A DNA stretch of 64,000 bases, from the IMG/VR virus record IMGVR_UViG_3300029923_000009; one strand, written 5' to 3'. Below the pieces are notes generated by a model. That model was not told the DNA's origin and searched no databases. It saw only the letters and a list, made by a program, of their open reading frames with translations. Positions within the stretch are counted from its first letter, which is position 1; each line of letters opens with the position of its first letter. Source of the DNA: a virus (lineage: Duplodnaviria; Heunggongvirae; Uroviricota; Caudoviricetes). Position numbers and translations under genes: made by a program. Below, one piece after another: positions 1 through 8,974 of the stretch.

Positions 1-2
1 AA

Positions 3-131
3 ACGTTATTAAGTACTATACCAAGTAAATTCTTTATTACTAATAAGACACATATTCAGTATACTACCATTTCAAGCACTAGAACTAAAGAAGTAATGGT
101 ATCTGGTATTGATGATAACGTTGAATTATAA
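3..131 (+). CDS. 3' end of a gene truncated by the window edge (possibly LemA-like/membrane-associated phage protein)
   Basis: Open frame TLLSTIPSKFFITNKTHIQYTTISSTRTKEVMVSGIDDNVEL* ending TAA at 129-131, 12 nt before the next ATG; family guess from memory only. Confidence 0.5.
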   Translation, partial: TLLSTIPSKFFITNKTHIQYTTISSTRTKEVMVSGIDDNVEL

Positions 132-143
132 TAACATCAATTT

Positions 144-1292
144 ATGACAACCATAGCGTTTATTATACCTCTTATTTTCGCCATCTTCCTTCTTGTCTTT
201 TTTAGACAGAAGGTTGTATGGTGGGAATATCTTATTATTGTACTTCCATCGATGTTTATTGCTGGGTGTTTATATTTCGGGATGATTTCATATACAACTT
301 CAGATACAGAATATTATGGTAATTATGTGACTGGAATAAAATATTATGAACCTTGGGATGAATATATCCATAGAACTTGTACAAGAACAGTTGGTAGCGG
401 TAAGAACCAAACAACTGAGTCTTATGATTGTTCCTATGTTGAAAATCATGGACCTGAATGGAAGCAAACATTGAATAATGGTTATGAGTATAGTATTTCA
501 AATAAGGAATATAATCGTTTATTCTCACTTTGGAATACTGAAAATTCATTTATTGATATGCATCGAAATTACGATTCGCAAGATGGTGATTGTTATTCAA
601 AATTATGGGACGGTAATATAAGTCACTCAAAAACTAGAACAATCGACCATAAATATGAGAATAAAATAAAAGGTTCCAAATCTATATTTGGATTTGAAAA
701 TATAACGCCAGATGAAGCGAAAATATTGGGATTATATGATTATCCAAGTTTATATAACCAAAGCAATGGTGGGTTTTTCAATAGCGATAACGACTCAAAT
801 CAAAGCCCGTTTTTGGGGTATAAACCATCAAAGGATGAATTAGTCCAATGGGGATTCATTAATGGTTATTATGGTCATAGAAATCAGTTTAGAACCTATA
901 ATCTGGTATTTTATAATAAACCACTTTCGATAGTTCAAGATCAAAGGAGTTATTGGGAGGGTGGAAATAAAAACGAGTTGGTTACTTGCATTTGTTTGGA
1001 TTCCACAAGTAAAAAAATTTTGTGGGTTGATGCATTTTCTTGGTGCGATAAACCAACATATGAGGTTAATTTAAAATCATATTTTAATGGTAAGGAAAAG
1101 TTAGATTTCATAGAATTTGCTAATTGGACAAAAGCAGCGATACCACAATACTGGAAAAGAAAAGAATTTAAAGACTTCAATTATATTGATATTCAATTAA
1201 CAGGAACTCAATTTATGTGGACGTTAATAATAATATTCGTATTTAACCTTGGAATGTCCATATATGTTGTTTTGAACGACGAAGAAAATTAA
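144..1292 (+). CDS. Membrane protein with N- and C-terminal TM helices and a large soluble domain
   Basis: 382-aa ORF; hydrophobic N-terminal segments and C-terminal FMWTLIIIFVFNLGMSIYVVL. Confidence 0.8.
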   Translation: MTTIAFIIPLIFAIFLLVFFRQKVVWWEYLIIVLPSMFIAGCLYFGMISYTTSDTEYYGNYVTGIKYYEPWDEYIHRTCTRTVGSGKNQTTESYDCSYVENHGPEWKQTLNNGYEYSISNKEYNRLFSLWNTENSFIDMHRNYDSQDGDCYSKLWDGNISHSKTRTIDHKYENKIKGSKSIFGFENITPDEAKILGLYDYPSLYNQSNGGFFNSDNDSNQSPFLGYKPSKDELVQWGFINGYYGHRNQFRTYNLVFYNKPLSIVQDQRSYWEGGNKNELVTCICLDSTSKKILWVDAFSWCDKPTYEVNLKSYFNGKEKLDFIEFANWTKAAIPQYWKRKEFKDFNYIDIQLTGTQFMWTLIIIFVFNLGMSIYVVLNDEEN

Positions 1293-1309
1293 TAATAAAA
1301 ATTTAAATT

Positions 1310-1525
1310 ATGTACAACGATGAATCTTATGAAGAAATCATAAATACCTACACTTACGAAGAATTAAAAAAAGAGATAGAGGAAGAATACGATTATAGGG
1401 ATAATGAGCCGCATTATGGGTGTCTACAACCAACATATAAAGAATATGTTTTATCAGTATCAAAACTAAAACCTGGTCAATCTGTTGAAATTAATGAAAC
1501 AGCATGTGAATATACAATTATTTAA
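1310..1525 (+). CDS. Hypothetical protein
   Basis: 71-aa ORF in tightly packed operon, A-rich upstream region. Confidence 0.7.
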   Translation: MYNDESYEEIINTYTYEELKKEIEEEYDYRDNEPHYGCLQPTYKEYVLSVSKLKPGQSVEINETACEYTII

Positions 1526-1537
1526 TCAATTAGACAT

Positions 1538-1768
1538 ATGAAAAATAGAGATCGTTTAATTAACCAAAAAAGAGATTTAACAACTACCCATTATAATACT
1601 TTAACCAACGAATTTGGTGATAAATTGGAAGAACGTAATTATGGGTATTGGTCAGCTATGATAAAATTAACAGGAGAATATGAAGTGTTTAAATCTGAAA
1701 GATCTGCTATCATATTTACAAATAAAATATCTGGAAAAGCTAAAAATTGGATAAAAAGCTTTGAATAA
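1538..1768 (+). CDS. Hypothetical protein
   Basis: 76-aa ORF in operon. Confidence 0.7.
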   Translation: MKNRDRLINQKRDLTTTHYNTLTNEFGDKLEERNYGYWSAMIKLTGEYEVFKSERSAIIFTNKISGKAKNWIKSFE

Positions 1769-1820
1769 ACAATTAATTTGTCACGCTTATATATTAGATA
1801 TATTATAAAAACTAAAAATA

Positions 1821-2069
1821 ATGAATATTTCAGAAGAAAACCAAATTTGGTTAAATTGGATTAAAGAAAGTTCTAATTTACGTATTGTAATTGAAATAGG
1901 TCCTAAAAATAGATTAAAGGTTCGATTAATCATATTAGAGAATGGGATTCCAAGATTTATAACTAAAAAAGGTAATCACAATGATACCTTGGATTCTTCA
2001 ATTACCGATGTTAAAAATCAATTTGCTATATATAACCTATCTAAAAAAATATTTCCAAAAACAACTTAG
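1821..2069 (+). CDS. Hypothetical protein
   Basis: 82-aa ORF. Confidence 0.65.
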   Translation: MNISEENQIWLNWIKESSNLRIVIEIGPKNRLKVRLIILENGIPRFITKKGNHNDTLDSSITDVKNQFAIYNLSKKIFPKTT

Positions 2070-2380
2070 TTATAAAATTCATTATTCTCCAATAAATACC
2101 TAATTAACCGATGTTTAGACTCACAGATGTTTATAAAATCTGTTGCCTGAGCATCGGTTAAATTAAACCATTCCCCCATCAACCGTTTTAAATGATAATG
2201 ATTATGTAGCATATTTTCTAACTTATATGGATAATCTGTTTCAAACTTTCTACACAAAATAAGTTCATTAGAATTCCCAGTTTGAAGCTCTAACTTTCTT
2301 TTGTTGACTGTTTTGGCTTTTGTTACTCCAATTTTATAATTGGAAGTGCCAGCCTCGTTTATTAGATAAATGAACCCCAT
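2066..2380 (-). CDS. T5orf172/MUG113-like GIY-YIG-superfamily protein
   Basis: FIYLI...YKIGVT...LQTGNS...LENMLHNHY...GEWF pattern. Confidence 0.85.
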   Translation of the reverse strand: MGFIYLINEAGTSNYKIGVTKAKTVNKRKLELQTGNSNELILCRKFETDYPYKLENMLHNHYHLKRLMGEWFNLTDAQATDFINICESKHRLIRYLLENNEFYN

Positions 2381-2435
2381 ATACTTAATATTATCGCTTT
2401 AAATGAATTTTTTTAAACAAAAAGTTAGCCTAAAA

Positions 2436-2467
2436 CTTGTTTTATTAAATTATTATCAGTACATTTG
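2436..2467 (+). promoter_or_regulatory. Bacteroidota-type (-33/-7) host-sigma promoter
   Basis: CTTG-N20-TACATTTG; one of nine copies with identical spacing. Confidence 0.85.
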
Positions 2468-2516
2468 TTGTGAAATTAAAATAAATCCCGATCCGAGGGG
2501 ATAAAAAATTAATAAT

Positions 2517-2990
2517 ATGAAAACATTAGCAGAAGAATTAAAAGAAACCTCTTTAAATAGAGCAGTTGAATTGAAAAATGAAAGAGAGTTAATTGCTTTG
2601 GATAAGGAAAAACTAGAACAAGATAGAATTAACTTAATAATCCAAAAAACTTACAATCATTTTGAAAGTAATTGGCTTAAAGAAGCTAATAAAGCAGCCT
2701 TGGATGGTGAAACCTATTTTAGTGTTATATTAGATGAACGAGGTAGAAATGTATCAGAAAAAGATTATGATATGACATCAGATTGCCGTAATATAACAGG
2801 AGTATGCTTGGGAGACTTATATGATATAATAATGAATAAGAAAGGGAAAGATTATTTTGATACATTATGTAAGCAAATTGAATCACAAGGATTTAAAAAT
2901 GTAGAAATAACTTGTAGAAGTTGGAATGGAACTACATTTTCATGTGAAAGTTATACAGCATATATCATACATTTAAGTGCTAAATTTTGA
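2517..2990 (+). CDS. Hypothetical protein, first gene after promoter
   Basis: 157-aa ORF. Confidence 0.75.
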   Translation: MKTLAEELKETSLNRAVELKNERELIALDKEKLEQDRINLIIQKTYNHFESNWLKEANKAALDGETYFSVILDERGRNVSEKDYDMTSDCRNITGVCLGDLYDIIMNKKGKDYFDTLCKQIESQGFKNVEITCRSWNGTTFSCESYTAYIIHLSAKF

Positions 2991-3016
2991 ATAAAAAAAA
3001 TAAATAAAATTGAAAT

Positions 3017-3583
3017 ATGGATTATTTAGACTCCCTCCTCTCACAATGTTTATTACTTGATTCGCTTTGTTTACAAAATACAGACACAAACAAAGTCTTT
3101 ACTCCACAAAAATTAGCCGAATTAAATAATGCTGGTTTCATTATTGGTGGATCACTTGCTTTGAGGTTATATGGTTATGACATTAGAAGACCAATTATTG
3201 AGGTTGATCTAATTATATCAACTAATGATTTTGACAATGGTAAAATAATTAAATTTTTTGAAGATTTGAATGATTGTCCTAGTACATCACACCAAGGAGA
3301 TTCAAAATATTGTTTTGAGGGCCTAAATGGTGAATTATATGACGTATTAACCTGGACTGGAAAAGTCGATTATACTACCATTATAATTGATGGAATATCA
3401 CTTAAATTACAAGATGAAGAGGATATTTGGTTTAAGAAGAAAGAATATGCATACAAGGGATATACAAAACACGAATTTGATTTAGAAGCTAATAAAATAA
3501 TCACAACCGAAGCTGAATTGAAATATTTTAATCAACATTTTCCAAAACCAACTGAAAACGAAATTAATGATTTACCATTTTAA
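3017..3583 (+). CDS. Pol-beta-superfamily nucleotidyltransferase-like protein
   Basis: IIGGSLALRLYG...IIEVDLII motif (GS...[DE]xD); ends in acidic DLPF tail. Confidence 0.6.
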   Translation: MDYLDSLLSQCLLLDSLCLQNTDTNKVFTPQKLAELNNAGFIIGGSLALRLYGYDIRRPIIEVDLIISTNDFDNGKIIKFFEDLNDCPSTSHQGDSKYCFEGLNGELYDVLTWTGKVDYTTIIIDGISLKLQDEEDIWFKKKEYAYKGYTKHEFDLEANKIITTEAELKYFNQHFPKPTENEINDLPF

Positions 3584-3595
3584 ATTAATCAAATT

Positions 3596-3838
3596 ATGAA
3601 AAAAGTTAAACTTACACAGGAAATTGATATAGAATTTAAAAATATAGTCGTCCAATATGAAATATCGGATGTTGGGTCAATGATCCAGGAAATTAGTGGC
3701 ACATTTGAGAACTACGATTGTGATTGTGAAATACTAAATAAAATTATCTCAATTATATTAAATTGTAACCCAACCAAGGAAGATTTATTTTCAATTGAAA
3801 TTAATAAATTAAAAGAACTATTAAACATTTTAAATTAA
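3596..3838 (+). CDS. Hypothetical protein
   Basis: 80-aa ORF in operon. Confidence 0.65.
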   Translation: MKKVKLTQEIDIEFKNIVVQYEISDVGSMIQEISGTFENYDCDCEILNKIISIILNCNPTKEDLFSIEINKLKELLNILN

Positions 3839-3849
3839 AAACTAAAGTT

Positions 3850-4401
3850 ATGACAATATTTGGAATTATTATTTTTATCTCAATCATATTGGGTGTTTTT
3901 ATGTTAATATATAAAGAAATTACTGACGATAATTGGGATTTTGATGCTGGATTTTTAGCTTTTATTGGTACTTTTGGTATTACACTTGGTATTTTTCTTA
4001 TTATTTCTTGCTTTTCATCTATCAATATTAAATATGAGAAATGCCCGAAATTTGGTGTGACTTATATAAATTCATTATCAGTTAATTCTTCAATTAGTGG
4101 TAATTTCTTTTTAGGCTCTGGGCGTATCGAAAACAAAGATTATTACTATTATATATCAAATTCAGAATTTGGTTATAAAATATCTAAACTTGAAAATGAT
4201 GGTAACACATATGTTAAAGAAGATATTAAAATTAATAATAAACCATTCATTGAATTTACAAAATATAATGCCGTACACATAAATTGGTTTGCAAAAATAA
4301 TCTTTAAAAACAAATTCTTTTCTAAAGATGGTGAAACAATAATTCACGTACCACTAAATACAATTATTAAAGAGTATAATGTTGATGTTAGTAAATTATA
4401 A
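3850..4401 (+). CDS. Membrane protein, two N-terminal TM helices
   Basis: 183-aa ORF; hydrophobic stretches followed by SISGNFFLGSG. Confidence 0.75.
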   Translation: MTIFGIIIFISIILGVFMLIYKEITDDNWDFDAGFLAFIGTFGITLGIFLIISCFSSINIKYEKCPKFGVTYINSLSVNSSISGNFFLGSGRIENKDYYYYISNSEFGYKISKLENDGNTYVKEDIKINNKPFIEFTKYNAVHINWFAKIIFKNKFFSKDGETIIHVPLNTIIKEYNVDVSKL

Positions 4402-4459
4402 CACGATAATCGATAATAAACCGATTAACTACACAAAATAAACTAAAAAAATAAATAAT

Positions 4460-4735
4460 ATGAAAAAAATTAATGTATTAAATAATTTCTTTAATTCGAA
4501 ATCAGATGCTTCAAATTTAGAAGCAAGTGAACAGGAAAAACTTGAAGTAGATTTTGAAATATGGTTTGATAATGAAATGAAAGATTTTGAATTTGCATCA
4601 AGATTTTTAATGCTTCATTTAGGTAATACAGAAAAATATAATCCAAATTGTGCTGCAATAGTATCAAATACAAGAGCATCTGTTATGCAAGGAATAGAAG
4701 CAACTGCATATATTGAAGATTACATTCCTGATTAA
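4460..4735 (+). CDS. Hypothetical protein
   Basis: 91-aa ORF. Confidence 0.7.
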   Translation: MKKINVLNNFFNSKSDASNLEASEQEKLEVDFEIWFDNEMKDFEFASRFLMLHLGNTEKYNPNCAAIVSNTRASVMQGIEATAYIEDYIPD

Positions 4736-4737
4736 TA

Positions 4738-5028
4738 ATGGAACAATTTTTAATTATAACAGGAATGATTTTTTGGACGTTTGTTATCATACCATTCTTA
4801 CTGGGTATTTTATATTTTATTTGGAATTATATCATACCAACTGATTTCCAAATATGGGTTAGGAATATTTTGTTTATTCCACAAGCGTTTTATGTGAAAA
4901 ACCCCGATAAAGTGTTGGAATTATTAATGGATTTACTTAAAAATAGACCAAAAGTAAATAAATCATATTCCTATAAAATAATTATAAAAATTTTGAAATG
5001 GAGAATAAAGAAAAATATAAAGAAATAG
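4738..5028 (+). CDS. Small membrane protein
   Basis: 96-aa ORF with N-terminal TM helix. Confidence 0.65.
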   Translation: MEQFLIITGMIFWTFVIIPFLLGILYFIWNYIIPTDFQIWVRNILFIPQAFYVKNPDKVLELLMDLLKNRPKVNKSYSYKIIIKILKWRIKKNIKK

Positions 5029-5525
5029 AGGGAGATTTATTTAAAGAAATATTTAGTGAACAGTATGATGTTACACTTCAAGGAGTTAACGCTTTTTGTA
5101 CCCAGGGGGCTGGAATAGTAATACCATTCAAGAAGTATTTTGGTACAGATACGTTTCCAATGGAATTAACTGGTAAAGGTGATATTAATAAGCTTGGTCA
5201 AATTGATTGGCAATTATTCACTATTGTTGATGGCGAACCTAATACTTGGCTACCAGATAGTACTAAAGGACGTGATTTATATGTCGTTAATTGCTATTCG
5301 CAATTTCACTATGGTAAAAATCATTTAGATTGGACTGATAGACCTGCAGACTATGAAGCATTAACTTTATGTCTTAGAAAAATTAATTATAAATTTAAAG
5401 GATTGAAAGTTGTAATGCCTTTAATTTGTGGTGGCCTTGCTGGTGGTGATATAAATATCATTCGTCAAATTATAGAGATAGAATTAAAAGATTGTTATGT
5501 AACACTTGTCTTATATAAAAAATAA
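4998..5525 (+). CDS. Macrodomain (ADP-ribose binding/hydrolase) protein
   Basis: IEGDLF...QGVNAFCTQGAGIV...VVNCYSQF...MPLICGGLAGGD typical phage macrodomain motifs. Confidence 0.85.
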   Translation: MENKEKYKEIEGDLFKEIFSEQYDVTLQGVNAFCTQGAGIVIPFKKYFGTDTFPMELTGKGDINKLGQIDWQLFTIVDGEPNTWLPDSTKGRDLYVVNCYSQFHYGKNHLDWTDRPADYEALTLCLRKINYKFKGLKVVMPLICGGLAGGDINIIRQIIEIELKDCYVTLVLYKK

Positions 5526-5529
5526 ATTA

Positions 5530-6546
5530 ATGATTAATAAAGTTTTAAGAAACATTGAAGTCCCAACGGGAAACATTTGTATTATGCAAGGTGAAAAAGG
5601 CTTGTTAGAGTTTTTAACTGTTGGTGATTATGGTAAAAACGCTAATATAAAAGCTGATTTTCTTGGTATTTCAAGAGAATTGAATGGTGTTCCAAATGGT
5701 GAAATAATGCCGTTAACAGAAAAATTTGTTATAACCATAAGCACCCAATATGGTTGCTCTATGAATTGCAAGTTTTGTGATGTTCCAAAGGTTGGGCCTG
5801 GATTAAATGCTACCTATCATGATATGCTGGATCAAATATTATCTGCTTTAGCTTTACACCCAGAGATTAAATCAACTAAACGATTAAATTTACATCTGGC
5901 TCGTATGGGAGAGCCGACGTGGAATGGTAACGTACTGGATCTTGCAACTTGTTTACATAGAAATATCTATGATTTTTGGGAAGGTTCTGGTGCAATTCAC
6001 CCAGTAATATCAACAATGCTTCCAAAAGCGAATAAAAATTTGATTAAATTTTTATTGATTTGGTGTAATGATATTAAAAATAAATTATATAATGGGGATG
6101 CTGGGTTACAATTTTCAATAAACTCAACCGATAACGAACAAAGGAATGATATGTTCTCTAATAATAGTCTGTCATTAGAAGAAATATCTGAAATAGGTAA
6201 AATGTTACCAGAACCAGTTGGAAGAAAATATGCTTTGAATTTTGCATTGGCCGATGAATATACGTTGGATGCTGATGTATTACTTAAATTGTTTGATCCT
6301 AATAAATTCATATGCAAACTAACACCATTACATAAAACAAACAGTTGTATTGAAAACAATATTGAAACAACAGGTGGATATGATGCATTTACACCCTATA
6401 AACAAAAAGAAACTGAGTTAAAACGTGTTGGTTTTGATGTTATTGTATTTGTACCAAGCTATGATGAAGATAATGGATTAATCACCTGTGGAAATGCTAT
6501 TTTAAGTGGAAATTTACCAAAAACTGAATATAAAGAAATAATTTAA
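5530..6546 (+). CDS. RlmN/Cfr-like radical SAM enzyme
   Basis: CxxxCxxC (GCSMNCKFC), MGEP motif, C-terminal TCGN; ATG at 5530 preferred over the TTG start of the ORF track. Confidence 0.85.
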   Translation: MINKVLRNIEVPTGNICIMQGEKGLLEFLTVGDYGKNANIKADFLGISRELNGVPNGEIMPLTEKFVITISTQYGCSMNCKFCDVPKVGPGLNATYHDMLDQILSALALHPEIKSTKRLNLHLARMGEPTWNGNVLDLATCLHRNIYDFWEGSGAIHPVISTMLPKANKNLIKFLLIWCNDIKNKLYNGDAGLQFSINSTDNEQRNDMFSNNSLSLEEISEIGKMLPEPVGRKYALNFALADEYTLDADVLLKLFDPNKFICKLTPLHKTNSCIENNIETTGGYDAFTPYKQKETELKRVGFDVIVFVPSYDEDNGLITCGNAILSGNLPKTEYKEII

Positions 6547-6547
6547 G

Positions 6548-6730
6548 ATGAAAAAATATGAATTAAGTCCTTATGGGACACCAGAAATATGTCCAAACGT
6601 GGATGGTAAATTTATTGGTAGTGCGGGTTATACTGCTGGTTGTGAACACTGCTCCGATTATAAAACAGATGATTATCATGATAGGATAGATGTTATTCGC
6701 TTTACTTGTAATTTCAAAAAAACATTTTAA
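6548..6730 (+). CDS. Small hypothetical protein
   Basis: 60-aa ORF starting 1 nt after the previous stop; several Cys. Confidence 0.55.
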   Translation: MKKYELSPYGTPEICPNVDGKFIGSAGYTAGCEHCSDYKTDDYHDRIDVIRFTCNFKKTF

Positions 6731-6743
6731 AAACAGAATAGTT

Positions 6744-7136
6744 ATGGAAATAGATTTAAATGATGTTGATAAAATGATGTTTATTTTTAATGACGAGAAA
6801 AAAATTAAAATAAAGCCACATAAGTATATGTCAAAAGAATATCTGAAGGTTGGTGGTGAGTTTTATTATTTTGACTGTGAATTTGAATGCGTTCGTTTAT
6901 TAAAAATAACATATATTAGAAGTGGGATGTGTTTTTATTCAATTGAAGATGAAAAACATTTAAAAGAATATTGGTTTCCAGTCGATTGTTTTTTTGCTAT
7001 TACGTTGGAAGCTAAAAAATATATAACAAATATAAACACAGATTACTATGAGGTTGTAACACATTTAGGTAAATCTGAAATAATATATATCAAAGATGAT
7101 GAAGAAAAATCATGGATTAAGCCATGTTTAGTTTAA
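6744..7136 (+). CDS. Hypothetical protein
   Basis: ORF re-started at ATG 6744 (MEIDLND...). Confidence 0.65.
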   Translation: MEIDLNDVDKMMFIFNDEKKIKIKPHKYMSKEYLKVGGEFYYFDCEFECVRLLKITYIRSGMCFYSIEDEKHLKEYWFPVDCFFAITLEAKKYITNINTDYYEVVTHLGKSEIIYIKDDEEKSWIKPCLV

Positions 7137-7165
7137 AAAAATAATAATTTAAAATAAATAAAATA

Positions 7166-7993
7166 ATGGTATTAGATTTAACGAACGGGATCTGCGAGAA
7201 TTTGCAGTATAAGGCTTGGAAATTTCCAGGAGGTGAAATTCATTTTCAATTAAAAATTAGAATTATTGAAGATATAACAATAAAAGCGAATTTAAAATCT
7301 TCAGATGATATTATGTTTCTATTATTGGTTGTTGATACAATTAAAAAAGATAATAATCGTGTTAAAATAAATTTGTTTATTCCATATATGGCATATCAAC
7401 AAGCGGATAGAAATTTTGGTGTTGGCGAATGTTTCAGCCTGAAAACTGTTTGTAACTTAATTAATTCGATGGAATTAAATAAAGTGTATGTCTTCGATCC
7501 TCATTCGGAGGTTACTCCAGCATTATTAAATAATTGTGAGGTGATTGATAATTCGGAATTCGTTGAGAATGTTTTAGATTATATTTTAAACAAGAATGAC
7601 ATTGCTGAACAAGATATGATCATTCTCGCAACCGATGCTGGTTCTTACAAAAAAATATTTAAATTATGTAAGAAAATTAATTTTCAAGGACAAATTGAGT
7701 CGTGTTCAAAATCCAGAGATAATGGTGAAATTACAACAAAAGTTCCTGTATTTGATGAAAATAAAACTGTTTTGATTTTAGATGATATTGCTTTGGGTGG
7801 CCGAACATTTTTGAAAATAAAAACACAGATTAAAAACAAGTGTTATCTAGCAATTTCTCACGGAGTTTTAAATAACGGTGGTTTTAGTGATCCAGTTGAA
7901 GACTTATTAAAAGAATTTGAAATGATATTTACAACTGACAGCAGATGTAATATTGAAAATGAACGAGTAAAAATATTTAATTTAAAACTATGA
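7166..7993 (+). CDS. Ribose-phosphate pyrophosphokinase-like protein (probable NARP1 Adps)
   Basis: FPGGEIH, IPYMAYQQADR, FDPHS, ATDAGS, ILDDIALGGRTF PRTase motifs; upstream of a Nampt homologue. Confidence 0.9.
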   Translation: MVLDLTNGICENLQYKAWKFPGGEIHFQLKIRIIEDITIKANLKSSDDIMFLLLVVDTIKKDNNRVKINLFIPYMAYQQADRNFGVGECFSLKTVCNLINSMELNKVYVFDPHSEVTPALLNNCEVIDNSEFVENVLDYILNKNDIAEQDMIILATDAGSYKKIFKLCKKINFQGQIESCSKSRDNGEITTKVPVFDENKTVLILDDIALGGRTFLKIKTQIKNKCYLAISHGVLNNGGFSDPVEDLLKEFEMIFTTDSRCNIENERVKIFNLKL

Positions 7994-8946
7994 AAGAAGC
8001 AATATTTATGCTTGGATTGCCAGGAAGTGGGAAAACTAAACTTATAGAATCCAAACTTTCAGTTGTTAACAGCTGTTCACTAGGTAAAATTTTTATTTTG
8101 CAAGAAAACCAATATGTATTGGTTTCAGCAGATGAAATTAGATTAAATCATCCAGACTATGACCCAGAACACCCAGAGTTAATTCATGAAGAATGTGTGA
8201 AATTGGCAAAAGAAAAGGTGTTTGAAGTTGCTGAAAGAGGATTCAATTTGGTTATGGATGGTGGTGGTATTAATAATAACTATACTGTTAATATCATTGC
8301 TGAATTAAAAAAGTTAGATTATCATATCAAGGTTGTTTTTATCAATACACCAGTTGAAGTATGTATTGAAAGAAACCAATATAGGTATGAATATGGTGAA
8401 CGTTTTGTAAAAGCCGATGCTATCATTGATAAGGCATATAAACTACAAGTATCTGTTGTGAAATTAAAACTGTTAGCGGATGAGTTTGAACAGGTTGACT
8501 ACTTCACTGACAGTCATATATTTGTGGATTTGGACGGAACCCTTGCTGAATATCAGAATTTACAAGCTGATACATATGGTAATATTGACTTCGTTCAATA
8601 TTCGGTTTTCCTGAAAGGGAAACCAGTAAAAGAAGTTATTGAAAAAATTAAAAAACTATCTGATAGCGGTAAAGAAATTTATGTTGTCAGCGCTTCCCCA
8701 AATAGTATTGCTAATAACGAAAAAATGGAATGGCTTTATTGGAATGCAAATTTTATCAAAATGGAAAACATATACTTTGTTGGAAACCGTAAGTACAAAC
8801 ACGTATTTCTACAACAGCTAATTAAAAAACTTAAGTTAAATGTATGTGATTGTATGGTTGTTGATGATGACCACCAAGTGCTTGAAAAATATAAATCAAT
8901 CGGCGTGAACTCAGTTCACCCAAGTAAATTATTATCTAATTATTAA
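7990..8946 (+). CDS. Polynucleotide kinase/phosphatase-like (P-loop kinase plus HAD domain, PseT architecture)
   Basis: GLPGSGKT Walker A; DLDGTL HAD motif I; VVDDD motif; ATGA overlap with upstream stop. Confidence 0.8.
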   Translation: MKEAIFMLGLPGSGKTKLIESKLSVVNSCSLGKIFILQENQYVLVSADEIRLNHPDYDPEHPELIHEECVKLAKEKVFEVAERGFNLVMDGGGINNNYTVNIIAELKKLDYHIKVVFINTPVEVCIERNQYRYEYGERFVKADAIIDKAYKLQVSVVKLKLLADEFEQVDYFTDSHIFVDLDGTLAEYQNLQADTYGNIDFVQYSVFLKGKPVKEVIEKIKKLSDSGKEIYVVSASPNSIANNEKMEWLYWNANFIKMENIYFVGNRKYKHVFLQQLIKKLKLNVCDCMVVDDDHQVLEKYKSIGVNSVHPSKLLSNY

Positions 8947-8974
8947 ATTAAAATTATAAAAAAACTAAAATAAA

